The notes below the pieces were generated by a model. It had not been told where the DNA came from and did not search any database. It worked only from the letters and a program-made list of their open reading frames with translations. Of a stretch of 64,000 nt of DNA, positions 42,050 to 54,702 are shown piece by piece; position 1 is the first letter of the stretch; every line of letters begins with the position of its first letter. The stretch covers positions 1 through 64,000 of the forward strand of contig JAQGDQ010000214.1 in the NCBI GenBank assembly GCA_030141605.1. Reading direction: 5' to 3'. This DNA is from Tubiluchus corallicola. Its lineage: Eukaryota > Animalia > Priapulida. The position numbers and the translations under genes were made by a program.

Positions 42050-43050
42050 TATTGGCAACAATGTCATATTTCATAGAGACAGCTAGTGGGAGAATTGTCA
42101 TTGAACAAGAAGTTTCGCTTGGTTCCAATAGCAATGATCTTTTAATTTGATCTTTGACACTCATCGCCACATCTCCTAAGACTGAATCATAGCAAATAAT
42201 TCTCTGATGTTAATATATATTTATTCATTGTATGTGACAACAAGAGCATTGATAGTGAACAAATATGACACAATAGTGTTATAGCTTCGTTATCAATGTC
42301 AGCTGAATTGATAATACATGATTGTAGTTGTTGCTGATAAGCTTCTGTTTGATGACCTTGACAATCTGTTTAATAAAAGTGCAGACTCTTTGTCGTCTTT
42401 TTGTCTTATGGTTTCAGTTAAAGTTTACAACTTGAAGCAAGATTTCCAAACATTTGTCACAAGAGGACCATCATTATTTTGAGGATCAAGAAAAACCCAT
42501 TGGTCCATAACAGGTTTCAACTGGAAAAGGTCACCAACAACAATAACAATAACAATCCCTCCAAACATTTTTTAGTGCTAATGAATTCTTGTAAACGAAG
42601 GTTAATGACATTTAAAACAGCGATTATTACAACCGATAATTTCCTATATTTGACTCTAAATGTGCTTAAGTCCTTGGTTAGGATCAATTTTGAATGCTGC
42701 ATGTAAGGTGATACCATTAACATAAAACGCTGCTTTGCCAGTTGGGGCACAAACTAATATCCTACAGTTTGCAGGGTCTTCAGCTTCGACAGTATGTAAG
42801 TACTGGTGCAGTGCTTGATAAAGCCCTTTTGTAAGGACAAATTTGTCCACACCTGCACCTCAATTGAGAAAAACATGATGTGGTTCTTCTTTATTGTGCA
42901 GCTTTTGTAGGACGTGTGAAAATTTCTCTTTGTTCTCGGTCACTGATTGTACTAGTTTGTGATATTCCTGATCAGGAATTCTTGTTGGCACAGACTGCAT
43001 ACTTTCTGCTTGCATTTGATTTGACGTTTATCCAATATCAGCAGAGATAT
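42050..43050 (-). mobile_element. Helitron PIF1-type helicase remnant
   Basis: GAGVDK, CAPTGKAAFYVNGITLHAAF, GDLFQLKPV, LTETIRQKDD; many frameshifts and stops. Confidence 0.85.
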
Positions 43051-43051
43051 C

Positions 43052-45876
43052 TTAATTTACAGAATTAGCCTGCATTACCCCATTCAATCTTAACATACGA
43101 CTGACTATGGACGACACTCCTGTAACAGCATCAAACAAACAATTATAAAACACCCTAAAACCACCAATACGCCTTCTTGACGTTGAAGCAGCCTGAACAT
43201 TACCAACATTTCCTACATCAGAACGAACTACAGAAGCAGGATAACCCAGATGCCGCAAACGCGAAGAAAAAACCTCCATCCTTTGCGTCATTGCGTCATC
43301 CATGATTTGAGTCATAATGCAAATAAACCATTGGATTTTGAGGCTTCACATGCATATAAATCATTGCCTTCCTTCCCCTAGTACCAGATAAACGCCACTC
43401 CAAATCAAAGAATACAGCACGCTCAAAATCCAACTTTCAATTCTAAAGACAAACTTCCAGGATAATATTGCTTAATGACATCCAAAAACATCAAAAGATA
43501 ATCCAAATGAACCAAAGCTAAGCCATTAAAAGCATTACTTTTAAAGAACCTCACATTGCTCATTAAATTAGACTGATCCTTATACAACCTATACTCACAA
43601 AATATCAAAACATTATTAACAGCTGCCAGAGAACTCTTAGAACCCATAAATAAACCTGAAACCTGCCTATATATGTAATCCCCCACCTAAAATAATTCTG
43701 ATCTATAGACTCATCTAAAAGAAGCAAAAAAGACTCTATATCGTAAAAGTCAACACCCAATATAAGCAAACTCGACTTAACACTAGAATGTACATCAGCA
43801 TGACTCACATTAGCATATAATTCAGCAAAGTCAAACTCTACTATTGCTAAACGAAGCGAACTATCCAAAGTTTTCAAAACAGCAGCCGCACTCGAACTAT
43901 TTATAACCAAAGTTTGTACCCCAAATTCAGCCTGCATTCTCTGAAGCAATATTTCATTTATCTTATCCAACTTCTTACCAACTAGTTCACTAAACTCCAA
44001 ATCCACTGCACCGTAGCCAGTTATAATAGGCCTACATTTCAACTGAAATTCGGTCTCTGGAGAACAATACTTTAATTTATGAACCTTGCAACCATTCCCC
44101 ATGCAGCCACCCATCAATAATGAACGAATATCCTCTCCTTGCGTGATATTTCCTTACATTTCTTGCCCTCCGAACAACCGCCTTATCAGAGAAAGTGGCT
44201 AAGCAATCAATGACACCATTGGTCCTTTCGATCATTTCGCCCGGGCAGTTACTAGCATTCGCTTCCACCTTTCTTTTCAAAGAGCTACTAGCATTCACTC
44301 TCTCAAAGTCTTTCTTTTTACACAAACCATTAACATTCATTTTCTTTTTCTTTTCAAGAGAGTTACTAGCATTCACTCTCTTACTACTCAACCCTTTAGC
44401 CATTTATAAGAGTTACTAGCATTCACTTTTATTCTTTCCTCCTTACAATTAGCTGAAACTTTCATAGCATCAGTTTTTCTATCTACTTTCTCCTTTTCTG
44501 CTAGCTTATGAGCCAGTTCCCGTTGTCTATTAGCTACAACATTTATCGTTCTTTTATGATTGCGTGCTAAATAAGAGTTTGGCAGACTGCTAATAACACG
44601 CTGCTGCTGATCATAAAGCTCTTGAAATTTATACTTATGTCAGCTAATACCTTGAGTTTTGATGGGTCCGTGTTAATCTACAAATCCCAAGGCAAATATG
44701 TAATACTATTATACTAACCACACGCTAGATATATATACACAGTTTTAAAACACTTGGTTGAACAAAACAAACCACTTCGTCATTCACGTTGACACCAATA
44801 CAAACTGTGCAGCTACGCGGCTTGTGACACACAAGCAACCCACTGAAATATTTTTCGTCATACCTAAATAAAATATTTGTAATCTCTATCTTTGCAGATA
44901 GAAATCCGTATGACTCAAATAACTCAATATCTCCGCTCTTGTAAATCCCACTGGCTTTTTCCATATATTTAGCAAACGTAAAATATACTTAATTAAAGCA
45001 GTTTCTACAGATTGTTTCAAAGTCCGAATTAATTTCGTTATCTGAACTGATAATTTAGGTACAAAACCAGTGCCTTGACTTAAAAAATCAATTTTGCTCC
45101 TTACTTAATTTCTGACCAGTAAAATTATGCACGCGAGATGTTAACCCGCTACTTGACTCTTCTCAGCATCACGCTCAACCGACCTTATGCCCCGATAATA
45201 TCCATCAATAATGCAACTCTCTAGTGATCTTAATGCTCGTAATAAATGCCTATACAGAATAGAATTTTTTTTTCTTAACTAATCTTGGTAAAGATAAGCC
45301 TGCCATTTTCTTATCCAACATAGATTTATGACTTTGTAAGTTCCTATATGCATCCCCTTCAAGCCGAACCAAATTTCTTAAAGTGTCAACATTAGACTCT
45401 ATGGAATCACGATCTTCCAAAGAGAGCACACCGCCGCATCGAAAACTTAAACTGTTAGTTAAACTTATGGAATTGTACTTACACCTTAACACTGCACTAA
45501 CATAAACAACACTCAGCTTGACCAAGACAACTACGTAAAGAAACACAAAAACATTAAATGAAGATTTCAACACATGCTTTCGATAAAAGGAAATATACTT
45601 TCTTACCACACCCTGCCCGTACTTCAGATGAAACGAATCCCTGCTCCCATTAAACAAATCACTCACCAAACCAAAAAATGTAACCCTACCACACCAGCCT
45701 CCGAACAAAGGCAGCCCAAACGGTTTAGCAGACTCTGTAAAAATTTTTAAATTGATTAAAACATTTATAAGCACCATGTTTATCAACAATATCACAAATA
45801 AAACATGCATGCAAAAACTAAAATGATCAAATACACTTGCAAAAAAATTACGAAGAAACATTAAGAAAATGCCCAA
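43052..45876 (-). mobile_element. Penelope-like element reverse transcriptase, degenerate
   Basis: VHNFTGQKLS..FLSQGTGFVP, SDKAVV, KVHK..KCRPII, FDFAELYANV, NYFRWGDYIYRQVSGLFMGS, YLHYDSNH, LRHLGYP in the correct PLE order; no YxDD or GIY-YIG recognisable. Confidence 0.8.
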
Positions 45877-46273
45877 ATCCTAAAAAATCAAACCAACTTT
45901 ATGCACCAGTTCCATCAACAATACCTCAACCAAACGCTACACACAAAAATTAAAATAATAAAAAAAGGTCACACAAATAACAAAAACAAAAACAGCTCAA
46001 AAACCAAAATTTTTAGAAAACCAATTAAAGTGCAAATCGTATCAATACAAATACCATCTAAATCACAGACATAAATTAAAATAACCAAAAGTTATGCAAA
46101 AATGACAAAAAAACAAATATTAAAACAAACCCAAATTTTTTTAATTAAAAAAAGCATAATTTAAATAATGTACACAAAACTTTAGATGCACATTATATAT
46201 ATATATATGTAAAGAGCCATAAAAATTACATACATCTAGTGTAGCTATTTAATTAATTGGTTTATTTAATATG

Positions 46274-46454
46274 TTTTACCGAGGTTCGGTTTCCTCTATA
46301 TATTTTTTATTTTACATTTTTTTAGTTTTTTTTTATTTTTTATTTTGTGATCCGATTTTTTAGAGAGCTTAGGTATGCTCTTTCTTTCTTGCTGATTTTT
46401 TCTCATCGTAATCCTGCAGAACACAGAAAAATCCCAAACTTAGACAAAACAGAT
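46274..46454. repeat. About 180-bp direct repeat, copy 1
   Basis: Near-identical to 49585-49765. Confidence 0.92.
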
Positions 46455-46520
46455 AAATATATGAATTAGAAGTACACACTAACTATGTCTAAGATGGACA
46501 CATTTAATATGTTTCCTAAC

Positions 46521-47708
46521 CTACTTCCCCTTACACCTCCCTGCTTTTGTTAAATAAATTAAACTCCTAATCTCAACTAACAATGAATCATAAGTACAAC
46601 TACAACCACGACTCAAATGAGCAAACTCCTCTGCCTGTTTTAATATGCTAGAACTTAAAGAAGAAATCCTCATATGCATGCCACCCAATGTCTCCATCTT
46701 ATCCAAAATACCCTGAAAACGAGTTAGTAAAAATCTGTCATCTTTATCTGCCGAATCAAATAGACTAAATAACTCGGATGCATCGTTCTTTAAATCAGGA
46801 CACTGTTTATCTAAGAAAGCTAAACTCTCCCTACTAAGGCTATAATGCTTAGGTTTTACCTGCCAAGTCCCCTTGGACCTCTCTGTCTGCTCTACATGCT
46901 TATCTGCACTTCTCCTGACAAGATAATTATCTATTTTCTGACCACTATAGCGAGTAGGTATCCCTAACCACCCTCGCATGCTTACCCCCTACAGCCTCCT
47001 CCATCAAATAAGTCCTTATAACCCTTAAATTTGAATCATACTCTAATATTGCCTCAGTCTGCACATCCTTATCAAATGAACCACCATCCTCATCTTCAAA
47101 CCAAGAATTGCGCAAGCTACTCTCCCCTTTCTTACTAACCTCCCCTTTTAGCAACATAGCTAAACCACCCTCATCACATAACACAATTTCATTATGATCA
47201 TCATAAGATATTGCAGGATTCTTCGGTTTTAACTCTAATGAACCTGTCTTGGAGTTATATCTAGACACAATATTTTTACTACTTACTTTGTCCCCTGAAA
47301 ATCCCAAAGAAGAACACACAGAAGAAGTAGAACGTTTGCTACCACTAGCACCTACTACACAGCTGTACCCATTTTTTGCAAACCCCTTGATTTAGAAACA
47401 ACTTGAGTGTGTTTTTTAACTGATAAACTCTCCCGGTCTGCCAAAGATGCTGTCTTCCGCATCACAACCTGCTCTGCACGACCTCCTTTATTAAAATAAT
47501 TAAACACATTACCAGTCACATTCTCTTTATCGGCTACCTCACTGCTGACCTTCTGCGATGAACCTCTACCAATTCCCCTTGATGTTGAACTCCCAGAACC
47601 ACGAACACCTCCCGACCTCAAATCTTTCAATAGCTCAGTCAACAACTCCTCTGACGATTGTTCTAATGAAAGAACAAATTCATCATCATAATAATGTAAC
47701 AATATCAA
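46521..47708 (-). pseudogene. Frameshifted ORF of about 390 codons, unknown function, upstream of the PLE RT
   Basis: Three adjacent co-oriented ORF pieces (47708-47355, 47319-46945, 46979-46521) with the same strand-biased composition as the RT region. Confidence 0.5.
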
Positions 47709-49584
47709 AACATTATCTCACAATTACTTTAATTATAAACAACAGTTAATATTAGCCATCATTAGCCCAAAATCTAAATACAAGGTGCCACTAAGAATAA
47801 ATGAATAATCACTAGAAAATTTTTTTTTTAAAAAATGACAATATACTACCACACTTCAACCATGAAGCATGCAATCATACAAACAAGCACTTCGCAATGG
47901 AATCCACGCTTACATAAAAGTTTTTTTGTTTAAACAACATAATCAGACAACTGTGTCAAAAAATGATCATTACATACACAAAAGTACACACAGACACACG
48001 TACACACAAAATGCACGCACGCACAATAACCCAGGATAAAGTTTAAAAATCACACTATTATAACAATACATACAAACTTTCACTTATACTTATATAAATA
48101 TTATACACCTGCAATACCCTCTAACCTAGCACTTCCAGACATGATATAATAATAACTATATAGCAACTCTAAAACGCTAACTACTAATCATATAATGCAA
48201 TCTGAACAGGTAAAAGCACAAACATCATACCTCAAGGAAATAAAAAACACTTGTTGATGACGAAGACAAAAAAACGATTACACCTCTTATAACGACACCA
48301 AAGAGCATCCTTTTATCCTAAAAGCAAAATAAAATATACATTATTCAACATAAACAACCCAACCAATGACAATATTTTCTGAAAAAATGCAAACACAACA
48401 AAGAACCCACTACAACCGACACCATCATGAACTATTAAACAACAAACCAACATAGACTATTAATGCACTCACAAAACAAAAAATATATTTACACAATATA
48501 TTGCCATGCCGTTTTTTACCACCCTTAAGTACCAATTTTATGCTTGCTTCAGAAATCATACACCAAGACAACCTTATAGCATGAACACCTCCACTAATAT
48601 ACACACATTCAAACAATAATTAAATACTTTACGATTCCCATGACCTTCTTTTTCCAAAACTTTTATTATTTCGCCATCCTAATCTTACTGACCTGACTTA
48701 CTTTTCCTTTTTCACATATATCACACATTTCTTTTCTCTAGTACAAACTACATGCAAATGCCAGATTGCCATTTGCTGGTCGGCCGCTACTTTGCGATAT
48801 ACTTCTGTACAACCTAAAGACATGTGCTCGCACCTAGCATAACCTCTGGTTATCGCATTTCTAGGAAAAATTTTTACATTTGTTTTCATAAACATATATT
48901 ATGCAGTTAGACCAAAATTTGATCTGAGTTATCATTAAAAATTTTATTTTAATGATAATGGTTTAGACAGCCATTCCAGCGTCCTGTTGAAGTAGTTTAA
49001 GGTGTGGAATTTAATTCTACTGAATCTTAAATAGTGTGATTATCTTGTGCTCTCAAATTTTGTTTTACATGCTAGCAGTCGTAAAATACATTTATGTGTT
49101 GTGTCCTGAGTTTGATGTTCGTAAAAGGAAGACAGGTTGATTTTCTATATACTGCCCATTTTCTACAGATGGTGCTGCTATGTATGATCACTAGTTTAAA
49201 TGAAGTCCTACGTTAAATGTAGGTGGCGCCACTACCAAGCAAAGTTTAGCAACTTAATTTCCACTATAACACTTAGGTGGTACCACCGAGTTAGTGTAGC
49301 AGTTTATGTGCCAGCATGCATCCATGGAAATACTAGAACTAGAAATTTTTAGAAATGAAGCCGTATTTTACGTGGCTAAGCCTAAATAGATAAATACATT
49401 TAGGTAGCTCTTCATGAAACCAGCAATCAGATGAACGCAACATTCCGGACCAATTATGTTCGTCAAAATATTATACTTAATGTAACATTTTAAGCAAAAT
49501 ATTATATAATCATTACCAAAGTCATTATCAACATCATTAGCAAAATATCAATGCATCCACAAACAAGGTTTTTTCTGTCCTATT

Positions 49585-49765
49585 TTTTACCGAGGTTTGG
49601 TTTCCTCTATATTTTTTATTTTACATTTTTTTAGTTTTTTTTTTTATTTTTTATTTTGGGATCCGATTTTTTAGAGAGCTTAGGTATGCTCTTTCTTTCT
49701 TGCTGATTCTTTCTCGTCGTAATCCTGCAAAACACAGAAAAATCCCAAACTTAGACAAAACAGAT
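49585..49765. repeat. About 180-bp direct repeat, copy 2
   Basis: Near-identical to 46274-46454. Confidence 0.92.
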
Positions 49766-51360
49766 TAACTACACATTAAAGGAAGACAGGATGATTATTC
49801 ATATACTAGTCCATTTTCATGTCGAATAAAATGTATATATTTTAACACGATTAACACTGCAAAAGCGTTTTTGATAATTAAATAATAGATTGAACACTTA
49901 TTTAATGGCGAGCAAGCCCAACTTTGATGACATCACAAACTAACATAAATTTTAGCAGCAAAAATATTCCACGAGCGGTGTTGCACGTGTTTCCGAAAGC
50001 GAAAATTGAAGTACAGTGCTGCTGTAAGATATTCAGTGTGTTGTACTAAACTGAGCAAGTTTTAAGATAAAAATTCTATCTTAAATTTATCGCTGTGCTC
50101 ACGCATGAGCTTTTGAGCGTGTGTAGTTCGTCACAAACTAACACATCTAAATTGAGAGGTACAGTACCTGTTTTTGCGCAGTGCGTTTCAAATTGCAAGC
50201 GCTAATACTGGGGGTATTAACTAGCTAGCAAATGGCGAAATGCATGTAACAGCAAAGAACTAGTGGTGCAAACGTGAAATTGTGTTTGCGTGGTAATAAT
50301 TCTTTCACGTGAGACTTCAAATATTTTAAAGAGCAAATTGTTTTGAATTGATTGAGTCCGGTTTTGCTTTAAACATTTAAACAGGTCAATAGATTACATC
50401 AGTCATAAATTACAATACCGCGTTTGCTTTGTTAAGCATAAACAATTTGCCGAGTGATTACAGGATCAACCTTGGCAACCGAAGTTAAGATAATGCTGGC
50501 CGGTCATTTAATAGATGGGCGAACCGCGCTTGGATTCTTACTCTCAGAGATTTTGTTTATCATGCTGATTTTGGCTGTTTACCACGTATAGGAAGGATAT
50601 ATACACATCCGACAAAGATGCCACTGTCGGTTTGCTGCTGGGAAAAAGCGGGAAAAGAGTTTTTTCCTTAGCAGGATGCTGTTTCCATCAACTAAGCCAA
50701 CCAAAGCTAACATCCCGTGCCAATCAATTGAGTGGCTTCCATTCATTCTTAAACTTGCAAATGATCGTGGGACATGATCATTATATTCGAAATTCTCAAC
50801 GTATAATAGCTGGACGCCATCTTTAATTCTCCTCTCTAGATTCTATATATGAAGGTGACAGCATGAACCAAAGGTGTAATGGCTTGCAGGAAACTATCCT
50901 TCTGGTATATGCTGGTATATCTGATTTGACAGAACTGATCAAATAAACAGTCTCTATCCTATTTCCAATTTCCTAATTGCATAATTTTTAATCATTTTCT
51001 GTAGAAATTTTTAGGAGTTTAGCGAAAGCAACGCCATGAAGTGTCATATGTGCGTCCTCTCCCCTGAATGTTTGTGTCTCGTCACGTGGAAAAACTACGA
51101 GAAATTTTAGTACGTACACTACGCTGAAACTACCATATACAATAAAGAAGTGATTTGAAACCAAGTCTTACCAATGTAGCTATGCATTGACCTGCCCTGG
51201 CAGCGACCACCCGAAAATGGTTGCCGCCAGCTGTTCATTCAGTTGCCTCATCATTGTTTTTTCTTGTTCCTTGTTTTTGTTCTTTCTCTCTTTGTCTTTC
51301 ACATCCTACAGAAAACAAAGAAAAACGTCTTAGTAAATTCTGAAGTCTAAAAAGCATTGT

Positions 51361-51435
51361 GCCGTTGTGGTGTAAGGTTTAGCATGGCGTCCGGGAGAGA
51401 AGAAGACGGAGGTGCGAGTCCCAGTGCAGATGTGA
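51361..51435 (+). mobile_element. tRNA-derived SINE head
   Basis: GTGGTGTAAGGTTTAGCATGG (A-box-like) and GGTGCGAGTCCC (B-box-like); no convincing cloverleaf. Confidence 0.4.
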
Positions 51436-51567
51436 AACTGCTTGAGACTTACTAATTAACATTTTGCTTACAGCAGAATCTTCTTGATATACACCCGGTC
51501 TTTATTTTTATTTATTTATTTAGTCTTCCGTTTTGTTTCTTTAAAAACTCGCACACGCACGGTGCTG

Positions 51568-51835
51568 GAGGGTCACAAAATATAGGGCTAGATGGTCACG
51601 AAGCACAGGGCCAGAGGGTTACGAAGCACAGGGCCAGAGGGTCACGAATCACAGGGCCAGAGGGTCGCGAAGCACAGGGCCAGAGGGTCACGAGGCACAG
51701 GGCCAGAGGGTCACGAAGCACAGGGCCAGAGGATTACGAAGCGCGGGGCTAGAGGGTTACGAAGCACGGGGCCAGAATGTCACGAAGCACAGGGCTAGAG
51801 GGTCACGAAACACAGGGCTAGAGGGTTACGAAGCT
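51568..51835. repeat. 23-bp minisatellite GGTCACGAAGCACAGGGCCAGAG, about 11 copies
   Basis: Directly visible tandem array without spacers. Confidence 0.95.
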
Positions 51836-52253
51836 CACAGGAAACAAAATCCCCAAACAAAGGAATATTGTGACTCGAGCGTAAAAAACAAATATAACCC
51901 CAACAGATATTGAAGTTTTTTACCGTATTATTATGATTACAAAAAGAATTTGTCGTTCATTTTGTATTAAATTAACAGATTATAAATCATCTGACAATCA
52001 TCTGCAAAGACGTACAAAGACATCACGGGAATTACTTGATTTACCAAGGACCCAGCTATGGATAACAAAGACAGCAACAAAATGAACAAATGTCTGAACA
52101 GTTTGGTGTTTTTTATTTATAAAATGAATCTGAAAGAACTACTCACTTCCTTCCTTTCATTATCATGATCTTCTTTCTTTTCCATTACCATACTACACGT
52201 CGAACACACCTCCTGATCAAAAAATTACGAATGAAAGTTTGTAAGCGACTTAA

Positions 52254-52516
52254 CCCATAACCGACCAAGGTGGAGTAAAAATCACCCCAGGTGTGTTTGC
52301 TCATATTTGTTATTTTTATGCACGCAACGAAAAATTTTCAAACTAATAGCGGTTAAATATTCTTCGATTTGTTATGCAACCATACCTTGGTTTTGTTGAA
52401 AAGTATTATTCATGATTTTTTCACAAAGCACGAGTACCAGATACTACGTGTCCTGGGGTAACTTAATACTCCGTTTGGTCTTTAGTGTAATATAAAACCT
52501 CTGGATCGGCCAAGGG
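52254..52516. mobile_element. piggyBac-type MITE, 263 bp
   Basis: TTAA|CCC...GGG|TTAA, imperfect TIRs plus inner inverted pair GGAGTA...ACCCCAGG. Confidence 0.7.
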
Positions 52517-54702
52517 TTAATTATAATGACAAGAAAAACGACAATAAATAATTATTAATTCAATGATAACGATAACAATGCTAATTGTAAGGTTTAATTG
52601 CCATTGCTAGTGTAATGTTAATTAATTTAAGGTAGAAGATAAGCTAGACCAGGATAGGACAAGATCAAAGACGTACAAGACGAAAGCAAAACTTACTACT
52701 CTATTCCTCCTCGAAACTTTCTTTCTAATCCATCTTAAAAACCTTTCACAGCAGCACCTTCTTCTCCCGTACATTGGGTGTTCAGTCCACGCTAATTTAA
52801 TGTAACTATTCAACGTTTATTCTCTCTCTCTCTCTTTCTCTTATTTGTTGAATGGTGAAGTGAATGCTGTGACTTAGTAACGGCATTCATACTTTGTGAC
52901 GTCACGTGGCAGCTGACGCGTCATTCATTGCCCGACGCGTATGTTAAACGTATCAGGGGAAACACTTTTCTCAGATTCTTTATTTAACAAAGTTGGGTTT
53001 CCTATTTCTGGATAGGTGGCGAGGAAATTGCTATCTCGTGAAATTTGTGCATAATACGATGAGGAATAAATTTACTACACTTATTAAATTTCAGTAAAAT
53101 AACAAAAATTAATTTATTTAAAAAAATATTTATTAATTAATTTTAAATTACTAATACTACTATCACTTTGAATCTAAATGAAAATTATGTACATTTTTAT
53201 GTCATTCCTAACTGATACCCACAATTTGCATACAGTGAGAGCAAATGTGGTCAACTTTGTTAAATGTGTGCTTTATGTGAAGTTGAAAACATTACTCCTA
53301 CAAGAAGCGACACGTACCAAGGTGGTGCCCAGCGGATCGACTGAACGATCAATTCTCTATCCAATGATATGCCACACAGCCACCACAACCACAGGGCTGC
53401 TACGCTACGCCCGTTTTTCTGGACCAATGTTGGTATACCATACATATATATAGCAGGGACCGTCGCTCTTTGAACGGAAGCCATAAGCCATACAGACACG
53501 TTCCATATATCGTTGGATTTGCAATGAAACGTAGAATCTGATGTACTGTGTCAAAGTCACGAGCCGAGTTTTATTTAGCCACAATGCTGCATAATATCTG
53601 CTGTAGATACAAACGTATTTTAATCATTACAATATTGTGACTATTTATCTTGTATAGTTTCTCTTTTGATAATGTAACTGATTATTTAACTAATGAAATT
53701 CTCTTAACTACAAATGTTGTCTTAATTAATAATGAATTATTTATGAATTAATTGCAATGGAATAATTGCATTATACTTCTCGCAGCATGTACACAGAAAG
53801 TATAACACTGTAACAAGTTTTACTATCAGCGCTTGTAACAAAAAAAGGGGAGTCAAAATAGTAAAAACTAAATAAGTAACTTCACTTTTACTAAGCCAAG
53901 GAGCTGTTGTCGAAAACTAGGCTTCTCCAGTAAACGTGTTTAATCGTGATTACAAGCATCTTTTCTAAACCTGTTTACATAGTGTACAATTAGCTCTATG
54001 TAAACTAGTTTTGTACTCAATTAGCCGTGAAATCGCTTGCATTTAGGCTTCCTTCTCAGAAGGCTTATCTAGAATTTGGCAACTTGTTTCTGGCTTGATT
54101 GAAGTGGCGTAACATTGCGTTATGTCACTCCACCTCCTCCTTATCGAGAATAATCCGTAGCCAATTATCGGCATATAGTCACTATATTTGTGTTTTGCAG
54201 TGTTTATGTAAATTGTTTCACTCGTGTTCATTTTGATGTAGTCGTTACCTTATTGTAGCCAATGGCTCATATGTAGCATTTAGCTCTATTTTTCTCTTCC
54301 TAAAATGTAGCATTTAGCAATTAGCTCATGCGTGAGCATAGCGGTAAATTTGAAATTTGAATTTTTATCTTAAAACTTTGTTTAAGCACAACGCATTGCA
54401 TACCTTACAATAGCACTGTATTTCAATTTTCACTTTTGTAAACACGTGCAATATTTTTGCTGTTGAAAATTATGCTAGTTTGTGATATCATCAATAGTTG
54501 AGCTCGTCTGCCGTTAATTAAGTTTTAAATCTATTAACTAATTATCAGAAACGTTTTGACATTGTGTTAAAATGTCTAGTTTTTACCCTACTTGAAAATG
54601 GGGTAATATATTTTGACTTCATTTAAGTTGACATGATATGACAATATTATGACTTGGTTCTATTGGAAGCAGCATGTGAGTAAATTAATTGTTTTTCTAA
54701 AG

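Larger units (their letters stand above)
49780..54622. mobile_element. Diverged inverted repeats (49780-50110 and 54324-54622), Kolobok-like ends
   Basis: TTAA|AGGAAGACA... and ...TGACTTCAT|TTAA; about 300 bp align in inverted orientation; a third terminus copy lies near 49125. Confidence 0.5.

Noticed and set aside
48245-48290. Hammerhead ribozyme near the PLE
   Set aside because: Only TGATGA is present; no CTGATGA...GAAA core with pairing stems could be built by eye
51361-51435. Functional tRNA gene
   Set aside because: Acceptor and anticodon stems do not pair convincingly; treated as a SINE head
51568-51835. CRISPR-like array
   Set aside because: Head-to-tail 23-mers without unique spacers, no cas genes, eukaryotic context
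53178-53499. ORFs as candidate first exon of the oxidase
   Set aside because: No signal peptide or BBE N-terminal similarity recognisable
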